64,000 nucleotides of DNA from Rhodothermia bacterium (GCA_017303715.1 JAFLBZ010000022.1:3961-67960), one strand, 5' to 3'; counted from the stretch's first letter, positions 40,755 to 50,961 are shown. The notes: a model not told the origin generated them from the sequence alone. Numbers and translations are program-made.

Positions 40755-42110
40755 TTATGCAGAACGATTCAAAGCGATTAGCTCTAAATCCAACATTTTC
40801 AAGGTTGCAGGAACAAACAAGACCAAGGCTTTTTTAGCCCGAATGTCATCCCAGAAAGGTCCAGATTTTGAAAGCCTGAAATAAAATGCATCTGGCCTAA
40901 CAGGCAAACCCTTTGGCAAACTCATTACATAACTTACCTCAAGCGCCCGTACAAACCCCTTCAAGACGGGTTCGATCATGGCCGGAGACGCAATCCGAAT
41001 GTCACTTGGGAAAGAGGTGCGCATTCGATCAGAGGCAATTTGTCCGGTTGCGACCAAATACAATTCCACCTGATCTGGCAAATGACGATCCTCGAATGTC
41101 GCCAAATATATGGATTCCCCCTTACGCTTCAGGTCAATGCGTTCATATTCTTTCGAGAAGACCACATCCCCAAGCAAGGTACGGAATTGGTTAAAGAGGG
41201 TGTGGAAACAAGTCGTTAAGTCGCTATGATCATACGCGGGGAAATCATTATACGAAAAGGCGTTGGAATAGGTCGTTAGATACCCAGAAAGCCGCAAAAG
41301 GGTTAGAAAAAAGGCTTCTGGATGACTTTGGATGACCGCAAAATTGTGGTTGATTTCTGGAATAGAACCATTGATAGACTCCAAAAAAAGCATGGTCGTC
41401 ACGTCGGCAGCCGTTAGTTCCCCGCGACCATATGCCGCATGTTTCTCCATCAACGCTTGCCGCTTTGCGACCAAAAGTTCCATCGTTCTGCGGGCAACCC
41501 CTTCCAAAGCTTTCGAAGATGCAAGAGACAAACACGGTGGAATAAATTGCGGGTTCAATTCATAGGTTCCGGTACGGGTTCGTAAGACTTCTGCGATCTT
41601 AATGGTACTCAGGTCATTAACACTTTCACCCTCGAAGACCAATTGGAAATTGGCTTTTGCCACCTGAATAGGCCGGTCTTCGATTCCTGTATTGTCGTCA
41701 CGCACCATGATTTCGGAGGTGATGAAGCGCGTGGTTCGGTTAATCGGTACATCAGGCAAGAGCGTATTCCGTCCCTCTACCCTTTCAGCAGGAACGGCCA
41801 AATAAACCCCCAGACGGTCTTTGGTGGGATCAAAAGCACTTTGGATGGGTCTGGCATCTGGTACACGGTCTGTTTCCGGCACATCGAATACAAGGCCATC
41901 CGGCATAATACCACTGGCTTGAACCAAACTAAATTGCCCATTGAGCAGCGCTTCTTCATCAATCATCAATGTTAGGATACCCCAAGCATGACGTTGTAAC
42001 ATACGTTGCCGGAACACGACATTTGCCTGAGCAAAGCGATCCCACTGTTGGAAGTGGTGCGGGTCGAGGGCCATGCCTTCCGACCAAACTACTTTTTGAG
42101 GTCTAGCCAT
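40755..42110 (-). CDS. tssK: Type VI secretion baseplate protein TssK
   Basis: The N-terminus VVWSEGMALDPHHFQQWDRF matches the hallmark TssK start. Length is 451 aa. Confidence 0.88.
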   Translation of the reverse strand: MARPQKVVWSEGMALDPHHFQQWDRFAQANVVFRQRMLQRHAWGILTLMIDEEALLNGQFSLVQASGIMPDGLVFDVPETDRVPDARPIQSAFDPTKDRLGVYLAVPAERVEGRNTLLPDVPINRTTRFITSEIMVRDDNTGIEDRPIQVAKANFQLVFEGESVNDLSTIKIAEVLRTRTGTYELNPQFIPPCLSLASSKALEGVARRTMELLVAKRQALMEKHAAYGRGELTAADVTTMLFLESINGSIPEINHNFAVIQSHPEAFFLTLLRLSGYLTTYSNAFSYNDFPAYDHSDLTTCFHTLFNQFRTLLGDVVFSKEYERIDLKRKGESIYLATFEDRHLPDQVELYLVATGQIASDRMRTSFPSDIRIASPAMIEPVLKGFVRALEVSYVMSLPKGLPVRPDAFYFRLSKSGPFWDDIRAKKALVLFVPATLKMLDLELIALNRSA

Positions 42111-42176
42111 ACAATCGGTGTGGGTCTTACGTCTCTATGATGTTTCCCGAAAGAGGATTTTCCGGTTGTCCTTTAA

Positions 42177-42680
42177 TTATTTTATGGAAACCTTACTACC
42201 TTGAACAGACACTTGTAAAGTGCTGTTTTTGTTGGGATTGATTTCCGTGACTGTCCGCCAAAGATTACCATCAGGCCGGAAGAAATCCACCGCCACCCCA
42301 ATATACTTGGTGGTTTCGTAGAGGAAAACTTTGTGGTTTTTTGCAACATTGGGGTCAATCTCGAAGCTAAGGGTTTGGTTTGGATCTCCTGCAATGTCCG
42401 GCAAAAGGGTTTCCTTTTTCAGCCAAAAGGCTTGACGGGAAGAGGCCATAAAGAGTTCTTTGCGCTGGAGTTGATAGACCACAACCCGCACACGGTTCCC
42501 ACCATTTAGGCTTGCATCGGCTTTTACGGTCAGTTCAACTGACCGTCGGGTCTCGACTGGGGTTGTAACAACGGTTTGGGGTGGTTTTTTCTTTTTAAAC
42601 AAAGTACAGCCGGGCATCAAAACGCCTACCAAAAGTAGGGCGCTCCATAAAACGGAGTGTAAAACTTTTTTACGCAACAT
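42177..42680 (-). CDS. tssJ: Type VI secretion lipoprotein TssJ-like
   Basis: Lipobox LMPGC, 167 aa, LNGGNRVRVVVYQLQ....F resembling TssJ/SciN, and a position directly upstream of tssK. Confidence 0.7.
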   Translation of the reverse strand: MLRKKVLHSVLWSALLLVGVLMPGCTLFKKKKPPQTVVTTPVETRRSVELTVKADASLNGGNRVRVVVYQLQRKELFMASSRQAFWLKKETLLPDIAGDPNQTLSFEIDPNVAKNHKVFLYETTKYIGVAVDFFRPDGNLWRTVTEINPNKNSTLQVSVQGSKVSIK

Positions 42681-42719
42681 ATTGTATCTTCCTTCTTTAA
42701 AAACAATAATGTATGAAGA

Positions 42720-43970
42720 CTATTTAACAGATTCGGTTTTGGTCAAATAAGCCTTTACAAATCCGGGACGAAAGAGGGTCTTTTCCAGTACCCCTTTATC
42801 CTCTCGAACCAATTCAAAATGTGCTTGTTGCACCAATTTCAACCATTTTGCATGACTTAACATACCAACAGTGTATAAGTCTTGACCTTCTTTCTCCGCC
42901 ACATTCCGGATATACGCTGGGTTTAACTGGTCTAGAATGCGTAGGACACCCGATTGTACCGCTTGTTTGTACCCCTCTAACAAAGCGATTTCGTGATATA
43001 GGACAGCATCTGCAAATTGTTCTAAGGCCGCAAGCCGCGTTCGGAGTACTTCATAGGGCACATGAATGTCGTACAAGAAGGCTTTGTATTGTTCGGCAGT
43101 TGCGGTATGAAACGGAAAACCTGTGGCATGTGGAATAAAAGAATGCCCCAGAAACTCAAGCCGGAAATGGGCAGGAATTTTAATAAGTTTTTCCACAATA
43201 CGCAACATCACATCGTCCACAACCGACATCCGTTTCAAGACCAACCCATCTTGGCTACTACTATAAATCCCACCGATGACCCTTTCCCATTCGGTTTTGT
43301 TTTGGACATCTATCCCAGAAAAGGGTACAAAGCCCGGGGTTTCGTATCCTACCGATGAGGTGCGTTTTTCGGGTTCCACAGCAGCAACAGAGACAGGAAT
43401 TTGCGGTATTTCGGTCTTTGGCCGAATGGCATCCACCATCTTCAAGGCGATGTCATCTGCGGCAAGTATGCCCAATTCTCGCTGAAAAGCCGCTTCTAAA
43501 TCAGCGAGGCGGGTTCCGGGGTCTGCCTGCACATAGGTTGCTTTTATGTGTTGCAGGGCATCTGTTATGCCTTTTACTAAATCCGCAAATGGATTGAAGG
43601 CTTGCTGAACAGCCGTATGCCCCACGTCATCTTCAGCTTTCTCTGGTTCTACTTTTGGTGTAAGGTCTTGTATTTTAAGTTGATACTTACCGATCTCTAA
43701 TTGATCGAGGTCACGCAACTGGTATTTTTTGCCATGCTCAAGCTTTTCACCATTTAAATACGTAAAGTTCTTGCTCGCCTCGTCCACAATCCATGCAAAG
43801 GCATCTTCGAGGTAAATAACGGCATGATGCCGCCCGACAATAAGCTCACGGTCTGGCAGTACAACCTTATTTTCAGGAAGCCGGCCAATAGTCACCGGGC
43901 CTTCATCAAATAGATAATCGGATGTAAAATCATCCCGGACGGAATGGCTGACAATGATTTTGAGTAACAT
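42720..43970 (-). CDS. tagH: T6SS-associated FHA-domain protein (TagH/Fha-like)
   Basis: FHA domain at the N-terminus (GPVTIGRLPENKVVLPD..VGRHHAVI...DEASKNFTYLNG). The internal ATG at 43970 (MLLKIIVSH...) gives the typical TagH N-terminus. The ORF could extend to 44033. Confidence 0.75.
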   Translation of the reverse strand: MLLKIIVSHSVRDDFTSDYLFDEGPVTIGRLPENKVVLPDRELIVGRHHAVIYLEDAFAWIVDEASKNFTYLNGEKLEHGKKYQLRDLDQLEIGKYQLKIQDLTPKVEPEKAEDDVGHTAVQQAFNPFADLVKGITDALQHIKATYVQADPGTRLADLEAAFQRELGILAADDIALKMVDAIRPKTEIPQIPVSVAAVEPEKRTSSVGYETPGFVPFSGIDVQNKTEWERVIGGIYSSSQDGLVLKRMSVVDDVMLRIVEKLIKIPAHFRLEFLGHSFIPHATGFPFHTATAEQYKAFLYDIHVPYEVLRTRLAALEQFADAVLYHEIALLEGYKQAVQSGVLRILDQLNPAYIRNVAEKEGQDLYTVGMLSHAKWLKLVQQAHFELVREDKGVLEKTLFRPGFVKAYLTKTESVK

Positions 43971-44072
43971 GTCGGGTATAGATCGGCAAATGTATGAACC
44001 TTTCGCGGGCAATAGGATATGTGAATGTACCACTTATGGGAGGTTTTCGCAACCTTTTGTCCGGCAAACTTT

Positions 44073-45251
44073 TTAGAACGACCAATAAAGCCCTACACTG
44101 GCACTCAATTCTCTTAGTGAACCGAAAGTTGGGTAGTATTTTTCATTGGCGACATTGCCCATGACATAGCGAATGCGTAACGGAACCAAAACGCTATTGC
44201 TCACCCGAAAATCAGGCTCAAAGCCAAAACCAAAAACCAATGCGCCCGAAAGCCATGCGGGCGTAGCCTCATAAGAACGAAGTTCGGCAGTAAAACCTGG
44301 AACAAATTGTTTGTCTAAACCCATACGGTAGGTTCCACGAGCAATCATCACCGCAGGATTTGTGTTCACCGCCTCTTCTAAGGGTTTATCGCCAATAAAC
44401 TGTGCTACTGCGTTTTTTGCACGAGAACGATATCGGAGCATCGCAGACCATTCAGACGTTGGGTTAAGTTGTCGGTATTGAAGTACCATACTGAACTTAT
44501 TTCCCGCTTTAAACACGGATTGATCCACAAAAACATCCTCTTGATAGCTTGTCAGCATCGCATCAACCCCAAGAGAACCATTGTTCCCCACCCTCAAGTT
44601 TAGTCCCAGATCCGCCGTGACTTCGTTCCCCGGTTTATAGGTGTAGTCATAGTCTGCAAGTGGTCTAAACCCGCTGTTTACGATGTATGATAGCCCACCT
44701 CCCATTACCACTTGGTCATTTAAGGGAAATGCGCCCGAAACACCTGTCATGATGGCCGTTCCTTGTCCTAAAGTGGGTAATTTAAACGCTAAAACCTGAT
44801 TGGAAAAGAGCCCAAGTGTTTCCAACTCGGAAGCAGAAACCGAGGATCGTCCCGTTGGCAAATTTACGGTTGCGTTAAAAATTAAGTTAGGGCTAGGCAA
44901 GCGATAAGAGACAGAAACTTGCGTATCGCCTAATCCAGAAAGGGAGGTTTCAGGAACCGTATATGTGCAATCTTTACACGTTGCACTAAAGGTACCATGT
45001 GTATTGCGTAAGCTCAACAGCACCTGATTGTTTACCTGATAATAGACCAAGAGTTGGTTTGAAATTTGACTGAGCTTATTGGTTTCATCAGGATTTGCCT
45101 CAAGATTCCACGTCTGATACGTGGGCATAACGCTCACGAATCGTTGGTTTCGCACGTTTTGCGGGTCTTCGGTAGTAGGCGAAGTGGTTTGTTGTGCTAA
45201 TGCCGGAAAAGCAGTCAAAACCCCGGCGAGCAGCATTAAGATTTTTTTCAT
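44073..45251 (-). CDS. Predicted outer-membrane beta-barrel protein, family unknown
   Basis: Signal peptide (AFPALAQQ), an alternating beta-strand pattern throughout, and a C-terminal aromatic signature (GLYWSF). Confidence 0.55.
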   Translation of the reverse strand: MKKILMLLAGVLTAFPALAQQTTSPTTEDPQNVRNQRFVSVMPTYQTWNLEANPDETNKLSQISNQLLVYYQVNNQVLLSLRNTHGTFSATCKDCTYTVPETSLSGLGDTQVSVSYRLPSPNLIFNATVNLPTGRSSVSASELETLGLFSNQVLAFKLPTLGQGTAIMTGVSGAFPLNDQVVMGGGLSYIVNSGFRPLADYDYTYKPGNEVTADLGLNLRVGNNGSLGVDAMLTSYQEDVFVDQSVFKAGNKFSMVLQYRQLNPTSEWSAMLRYRSRAKNAVAQFIGDKPLEEAVNTNPAVMIARGTYRMGLDKQFVPGFTAELRSYEATPAWLSGALVFGFGFEPDFRVSNSVLVPLRIRYVMGNVANEKYYPTFGSLRELSASVGLYWSF

Positions 45252-45269
45252 GTCGTTTCAGGGTTTAGA

Positions 45270-46577
45270 TCAGTTGCCTTTGGGTGGAAATACGGGAGGC
45301 CGGGGCAAGTCTGTTTGCTCGGAAACCCGTCCAAATTCATCGGTAGGATTTCGTTTGTCAGGATTTGGGAAAAGATTGCTTCCAAGTTCGGTCCCCACTG
45401 CTTGTAAACGGTCTGCCACCAATTGGTCATTACCCAAACCGGAACCACCATTTTTGCCAGCTCCACTAAAGTCATAAGTGAAATTCAGGTCTTTCCATGT
45501 ACTTCCGGCGGCCTGCCGATTGATGTTCTTGTCCAGAAGCTCCCTGGCTTTTTGGAATTTAGGATCCAGTTCAACAGCGCGGCGGAAGTTTCGTAAAGCC
45601 CCTGTCACATCTCCACTGTCTTCGGACTCCATGCCTCTGCAATAGGCCAAGAAGGCTTGTAGGTTTTGGGTTGGAATGGTTCCCAATATTTTCTGGCGTT
45701 CTTGCTGGGTAATAGGGATTTTCATGCTTTCCAACAGTTTGATAACCACTGTTTTTTGGAGCCGGAACAAATCGGACAAAGGACCGGGTTCGGTCTTGAA
45801 ATCTGACTCATCTTTCAAAACATCCCAATAACCCGCATCAATGGTGATTTGGTCTTTTGCAGAAACATTATAATTTCCCGAAACCACCTTAGAGGCGCCT
45901 AAGATCCGCCCTGCACGAGGGGCCGTCTCTGGATCAATAAAGCCCGTTTGACCTTGTGCGATTTCTTGTTGGAGCACCCCAATCTGGAGGCGTTCTAATA
46001 ATTTAAGCCCCTGTACTGACCCCAAGTCCGTAATGATGAGGGCGGCGATTCCGCGGCTGAGTGGGGCATATTGTTTATTCTTCCCCAGATAGTTAAAGGG
46101 GAAAACGGCTACGGCATTTGGCTCAATCCGCCCATTGGTTAACTCTCCCGATGATTCTTTCCGCGCCAACTCGGACATTTCGGAGCGTAGAATTGCACGG
46201 GTCAGGTTCAGGTAACGCCCTTCCAGCAATCGGGTAAAGCTCACCTTGGGATCGTATTGGGTATGGTTTTTATAGATTTCCAAGGCTGATGCCCGCCGGT
46301 TGGTCGCCTCAAGCACCAATCCATAATAAAGGGCGACTTTGGGGTCTGCGGGAGAACGCACAAGGGCATCTTTCAAGTAGCTTTCAGCCTGATCGAATTG
46401 ATTCAACTCAAAATGAGCTGCCCCTAATTCGCGCATCAAGACTGGATTTCCTGGGGTTTTAACCAAAAGCCGCTCGTATTCCTGTATTCTTTCTTTTGGC
46501 GGTTTTATGTTTTGAACCCCACTGCATCCAGCTTGGAAAAGCAAGAAAGAGAAGAGCAACGTGTTGAAGTATCTCAT
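45270..46577 (-). CDS. TPR lipoprotein with central CsgG/LpoB/TolB-N-like alpha/beta module
   Basis: Lipobox FQAGC and N- and C-terminal TPRs. The central segment is AVAVFPFNYLG..LSRGIAALIITDL......LLER.....LQQEI......F.......AGRILGASKVVSGNY. Confidence 0.6.
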   Translation of the reverse strand: MRYFNTLLFSFLLFQAGCSGVQNIKPPKERIQEYERLLVKTPGNPVLMRELGAAHFELNQFDQAESYLKDALVRSPADPKVALYYGLVLEATNRRASALEIYKNHTQYDPKVSFTRLLEGRYLNLTRAILRSEMSELARKESSGELTNGRIEPNAVAVFPFNYLGKNKQYAPLSRGIAALIITDLGSVQGLKLLERLQIGVLQQEIAQGQTGFIDPETAPRAGRILGASKVVSGNYNVSAKDQITIDAGYWDVLKDESDFKTEPGPLSDLFRLQKTVVIKLLESMKIPITQQERQKILGTIPTQNLQAFLAYCRGMESEDSGDVTGALRNFRRAVELDPKFQKARELLDKNINRQAAGSTWKDLNFTYDFSGAGKNGGSGLGNDQLVADRLQAVGTELGSNLFPNPDKRNPTDEFGRVSEQTDLPRPPVFPPKGN

Positions 46578-46602
46578 AAAGGCAATTTTTTAAAGGACGA
46601 AC

Positions 46603-47721
46603 TTATTTTACATTCGCTGCGGCCATACGCTGCGAGGTTTCGATCACCGCAATTTTTTCTTTGGCTTGCTCGAATCTTCCATCCAATTGGGCTGCCAATT
46701 TAAATTTCTCCAAAGCCAAATCGGGACCTTGGGTGTGGTAAATTTCCAGTCCTTCCGCATATGCCAACATTGCATCTAAGGAATTGGTTGGATTGGCAGC
46801 GGCCATTTTGATATTTTGATTCTCGTTGATACGCCTGGCCAACCGAAGGGCCAACTGGTCAGAAAGCGCCATGATGTCAGCAGGTTTTCCTTCCATATTC
46901 TCGGTCAAGAGAATTTCGGATGTTTCGACCTTAACAAGCCGAGCTGCAATTCGGACACGGTTTTTGTCCAACACAATAAAGGTTCCAAAAACAACAGAAT
47001 GTGCCCCAAGCATTTTCCCGACCCTTACCGCCTGTGAGACATCAAAACTTGACGGATCATTTTGGATTTTGGCTTCTTGCATTAACCAATCTAACCGAGC
47101 TCTTTCTACCACCTTCAGGTTTACATTTTGTTGGAATTGAAACATCATTAATTGCGGGAGGCCCACCTGCAAACGGTCAAATCGGGCGGCATCGGTAGTG
47201 ATAGAGGCGTTGTGGAAATCCATCACGGCAATCGTTTTGATGCCCGGATCTGCCCGTTCTACCCCAAAACCACCTGTTTTATTTTTTCTGGCCATATAAT
47301 AGGCGCGAAGATACTCTAAAGGCTTTTTGTCTGGATCGGGATCATATGCGGGTGGTTCTTCCTGAAGAAGTGTGGAAACCAATTGTACTGCCTTGTTGGA
47401 TTCTTCGGAGGCAGCCGCAAATTCGGCCAAAGCCTCAATGGCCGCCCGACGGTCGGTAACACTTAAGCCACGGTCACGGCTAAGGCGCTCCAATTTAGGC
47501 AAAGCCTCATCGTATTCACCCATGTTAAACTGCCGGATCGCTTCCTGAACACGTGGATCAATAATCCGAATAGGCTGCGGCTTGGTGCTGGAGGTGGGTA
47601 CTTCGGTATTATTTGCCACTGGAGTTGACACCTCACTGGGCACGACTTTTGGCCCCGAACAAGCTCCAAAAACCAATGCAACCAAGGCCAGAAGCGTTGC
47701 TGAATAAAAGAAGGGTTTCAT
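46603..47721 (-). CDS. TPR lipoprotein, paralogue of the 45270-46577 product
   Basis: Lipobox VFGAC and the same TPR / IAVMDFHN...VVERARLDWLMQE...VGKMLGAHSVVFGTF / TPR architecture. Confidence 0.6.
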   Translation of the reverse strand: MKPFFYSATLLALVALVFGACSGPKVVPSEVSTPVANNTEVPTSSTKPQPIRIIDPRVQEAIRQFNMGEYDEALPKLERLSRDRGLSVTDRRAAIEALAEFAAASEESNKAVQLVSTLLQEEPPAYDPDPDKKPLEYLRAYYMARKNKTGGFGVERADPGIKTIAVMDFHNASITTDAARFDRLQVGLPQLMMFQFQQNVNLKVVERARLDWLMQEAKIQNDPSSFDVSQAVRVGKMLGAHSVVFGTFIVLDKNRVRIAARLVKVETSEILLTENMEGKPADIMALSDQLALRLARRINENQNIKMAAANPTNSLDAMLAYAEGLEIYHTQGPDLALEKFKLAAQLDGRFEQAKEKIAVIETSQRMAAANVK

Positions 47722-47749
47722 GTTGATAATGATTAGAATTTGATTGGAT

Positions 47750-49336
47750 TTAAAAACGTACCGTTGTTGTGGCTGTTTTTCCGGCTACAACCTTAACAGA
47801 GGTATTTTTGGTGACGCCATTGGCAGTAACTGCAACCGCATAAGTACCTGGTTTTCCGGTAAATCTAAGCCGATTTCCATACTTACTGCCTAAATCGGAT
47901 GAAATGGTTGCCGGAAGCGGTTCTCCGTCAGACCCCACCACTGTTACCATAAACGAACCTACGGTCTCTTCAGGCTCAGGCTTAGGGTCTTCTTTTGGTT
48001 TTTCGGTTGCAGGTGGCGTTGTTGTAGGGGTTTGTGTTTGGGTTGGTCGAGTCGTGGGCTGGCTTGGTCGTGTTAGTGGCTCACGATTTTGGGCGGTTTC
48101 CCGAACGTTTTGCGCGGCTTGTTGCAGACGATCCCGAACAGGTGTATTGCTACCTTGGGGGGTAGGATTTGAATTTGCAGGCGTTGTATTGTTTGCCGGA
48201 TTGCCTGAAGGGGTTGTTTTCACCTCTGGCGTTATATTGGTTGTATTGCCCGTCGTGTTTTCTGGCGTGAGCGTACTTTGGGCCAAAGACTCTGGTTGTG
48301 GTGTAATTTGTTGGGAGGTTGGTTTTGGTTTTGGCGTAGGGTTTAACACAAATATCCAAGTGGCAACAAGTCCTAAGAGGACAACTACGGCAATGCCACC
48401 CAGCATGATCCAATTGGGTTGGCGCGTCCCACTATGGCTTGATTTTAAAGGAATGGCTGATTTTTTGCCCGTAGTAATGGGTGGGCTATAAGTCGCTTGT
48501 GATCCTGTTGCCAATTGTTGCAATCCAAGACGCATGTCTGATGCGGTCGCATAGCGTTTATCGGGCTTCACTTGTATCGCTCGATTGATCACCTTGGCCA
48601 AATCGGCGGGAATACCGGGGGCAGCGGAGGTAATCGCGGGGACATCTCCATCCACGATTTTCTTTTGGATTACAAAAGGTGAGGTAGCTGTTACATCCTC
48701 GAAAGGCGGTCGTCCAGCCAATGCCTCATACATCGTGATGCCCGTAGAATAAATATCTGTTCTTTGATCTACCGTGTCTAACCCACGCACTTGCTCTGGC
48801 GACATATAGTAGAGACTTCCTACAGCCTGTCCGACTTGTGTAAGTGGGTTTCCGGCAATCGTCGCCTGTGGGTCAATCAATTTGGCCAGTCCAAAGTCCG
48901 TCACCTTCACCGTCCCATCAGCCATAATCATAATATTGCTTGGTTTGATGTCTCGGTGAATGATGGCTTTAGAGTGGGCATATTCAAGAGCGCTCAATAA
49001 TTGGCTTGAAATATTGGCTACTTCCTCTGGCGAGTTATATTTGCCCTGCGCAATGAGGTCTGACCAATCTTTACCCTCCACAAATTCCATAATAATGACC
49101 ATACCAATGGGTGTTTCACGCATTCCAAAAACTCGAACGATATTGGGATGGTCTAACATGGCCAACGCTTTGGCTTCTGCACGAAAGCGCTGAAGGAACA
49201 TGGGGTCTTGAACGTTCATTACCTTGAGCGCAACGGTACGATCAAGTTGGGTGTCCACCGCCTTCCAAACTTGTCCCATTCCCCCCTGGCCAAGTTTTTG
49301 CGTAACCCTATAAATATCAATGTATTGCCCTACCAT
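47750..49336 (-). CDS. Membrane-anchored Hanks-type Ser/Thr protein kinase (PpkA-like role)
   Basis: GQGGMGQVWKA, VALK, HRDIKPSNIM, DFGLAK and SPEQ, then a TM (WIMLGGIAVVVLLGLVATWIFVL). A Pro/Thr-rich linker and a beta-rich PEGA/carboxypeptidase-regulatory-like C-terminus of about 70 aa follow. Confidence 0.9.
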   Translation of the reverse strand: MVGQYIDIYRVTQKLGQGGMGQVWKAVDTQLDRTVALKVMNVQDPMFLQRFRAEAKALAMLDHPNIVRVFGMRETPIGMVIIMEFVEGKDWSDLIAQGKYNSPEEVANISSQLLSALEYAHSKAIIHRDIKPSNIMIMADGTVKVTDFGLAKLIDPQATIAGNPLTQVGQAVGSLYYMSPEQVRGLDTVDQRTDIYSTGITMYEALAGRPPFEDVTATSPFVIQKKIVDGDVPAITSAAPGIPADLAKVINRAIQVKPDKRYATASDMRLGLQQLATGSQATYSPPITTGKKSAIPLKSSHSGTRQPNWIMLGGIAVVVLLGLVATWIFVLNPTPKPKPTSQQITPQPESLAQSTLTPENTTGNTTNITPEVKTTPSGNPANNTTPANSNPTPQGSNTPVRDRLQQAAQNVRETAQNREPLTRPSQPTTRPTQTQTPTTTPPATEKPKEDPKPEPEETVGSFMVTVVGSDGEPLPATISSDLGSKYGNRLRFTGKPGTYAVAVTANGVTKNTSVKVVAGKTATTTVRF

Positions 49337-49344
49337 GATGTTAT

Positions 49345-50961
49345 TTAGTTATTGTTGTCCATTTTTTTGATTTCCGTAATTCGGTTTTGAATGGTCTCGT
49401 TGTCCAATAATTGTTGTGACTTCAGATACAATTCAATAGCCTCTTTGGGTTTTGCACGTTTTCCATCCCCTAGAGACATCAGTTTTTTTGCGGCTTTATT
49501 TCGCTCCTCTCGGTACGATGCTTCATTCCCAAATTCCGCTTCCAATGCCTTAAACTGTGCAATCGCTTCTTGGTGATTGCCCGATTGGAGGCTGCTCCAT
49601 GCAGACGCAAGCCCAGTGGTCAATTTTGCCCCATCTTTTGCTTGAACAGGTGGTTTTTCCGGTTCTGGTTTCGCGATCGGCGCTTCTACCGGTCTTGTGG
49701 TTTTGGATTTTACATCTAGTTTTGGCTGGTTATTTGGTAGAGCCGGCGTCACAGATTGCGCAGCCGAAAGAGGTGCTTGTTTCGCATCTGGATTTACGGG
49801 GTTATCCGAGAGCGCGGGCTGGAGGTCATCGGCGGATGAAGACAAAATTTCTTCGGCATTTGTCGGGTTTTCCTGATCGTTATGAGTGTAGGCATCGGCA
49901 TTATAAGGCTCATCTTGCAGTGCAAAAGAATTATTCTTAGATCGGTTTAAGAGATCCATATTGAACCAAACAGCCCCAATAATCACTAAAACAGCGATTC
50001 CCGTCAGGACGGGGATGAACCATTTGGGCCGCTCTTTTGCTTCAGGCGGTGGAGGTAAAACAGCGTGCCCACGATCATTCCGCCACGTTTCTGGTTGTTC
50101 TAAGGCATTCCAAACCCCCGTAGCCACTGCGGGAGTTGTCGAAGCACCAGCTTTTGTATCAAATAAAGTATTGGAAGTTGCGTAGGTAATGGGTTGATCT
50201 GTAGCAACAACACGGATCACCTGTACCGTTGAGTTGTCCATACCACCACGATCATTGGCCAAAGCCACCATTTTTTCTGCGGCTTCCTGTGGCGGCATTG
50301 AACGTACAATTTCAGCAATTTCATCCAGATGAACCTCGCCCAAGCCGTCGCTACACAGCACATAAACGTCATTCAGGTGAAGGCGGTCTATTTCGAATGT
50401 ATCCACCTCCACATGAGGTTCTGGGCCTAAAGCACGTTCCAACATCGAGCGTTGCGGGTGTCTTTCGGCTTCTTGCTGTGTTAAGATGCCCTTTTTGACC
50501 ATTGCCGAAATCATGGTATGGTCTTCCGAAATTTGCTCTGCTTTATCTGGACGAATGCGATACAATCGGCTATCCCCAACATGCGCCACAAAAACTCTAT
50601 CGCCATCCACCAACATCGCCGTACTGGTTGTTCCCATAATCTGGCCACCGGGCAATGCTTTCAGTAAATTGTGTATTTTCAAATTGGCTTCTTGAAAAGC
50701 ATGTTCCAACTTGGTCAGTACCGAACCCATTCGGCGTTCAAAATAGGCTTCTCCAATGGTATTGACGGCAGTATGGCTTGCAACCCTACCATCTGCATGT
50801 CCTCCCATTCCATCCGCTACCACATACAAACGGACTGCTGGCTTGTCGTCTTGTATCGTTCCGACAAAGTGCCCACAAGCGTCTTGGTTTTCGGTTCGCA
50901 CCCGTCCCACATCGGTTTTTTCGCCAAACTGGAGTTGGTGCGGCAGTTGTTTATGTGCCAT
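49345..50961 (-). CDS. Membrane-anchored PP2C-family Ser/Thr phosphatase (PppA-like role)
   Basis: RTENQD, VVADGMGGHADG, LCSDGL and DNSTV, then a TM (WFIPVLTGIAVLVIIGAVWF). The extracytoplasmic tail ends in TPR-like helices. Confidence 0.9.
   Translation of the reverse strand: MAHKQLPHQLQFGEKTDVGRVRTENQDACGHFVGTIQDDKPAVRLYVVADGMGGHADGRVASHTAVNTIGEAYFERRMGSVLTKLEHAFQEANLKIHNLLKALPGGQIMGTTSTAMLVDGDRVFVAHVGDSRLYRIRPDKAEQISEDHTMISAMVKKGILTQQEAERHPQRSMLERALGPEPHVEVDTFEIDRLHLNDVYVLCSDGLGEVHLDEIAEIVRSMPPQEAAEKMVALANDRGGMDNSTVQVIRVVATDQPITYATSNTLFDTKAGASTTPAVATGVWNALEQPETWRNDRGHAVLPPPPEAKERPKWFIPVLTGIAVLVIIGAVWFNMDLLNRSKNNSFALQDEPYNADAYTHNDQENPTNAEEILSSSADDLQPALSDNPVNPDAKQAPLSAAQSVTPALPNNQPKLDVKSKTTRPVEAPIAKPEPEKPPVQAKDGAKLTTGLASAWSSLQSGNHQEAIAQFKALEAEFGNEASYREERNKAAKKLMSLGDGKRAKPKEAIELYLKSQQLLDNETIQNRITEIKKMDNNN

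Noticed and set aside
47904-48491. 195-aa plus-strand ORF inside the kinase gene
   Set aside because: It is the Gly/Val-rich mirror image of the Pro/Thr-rich linker coding region, so it is a compositional artefact.
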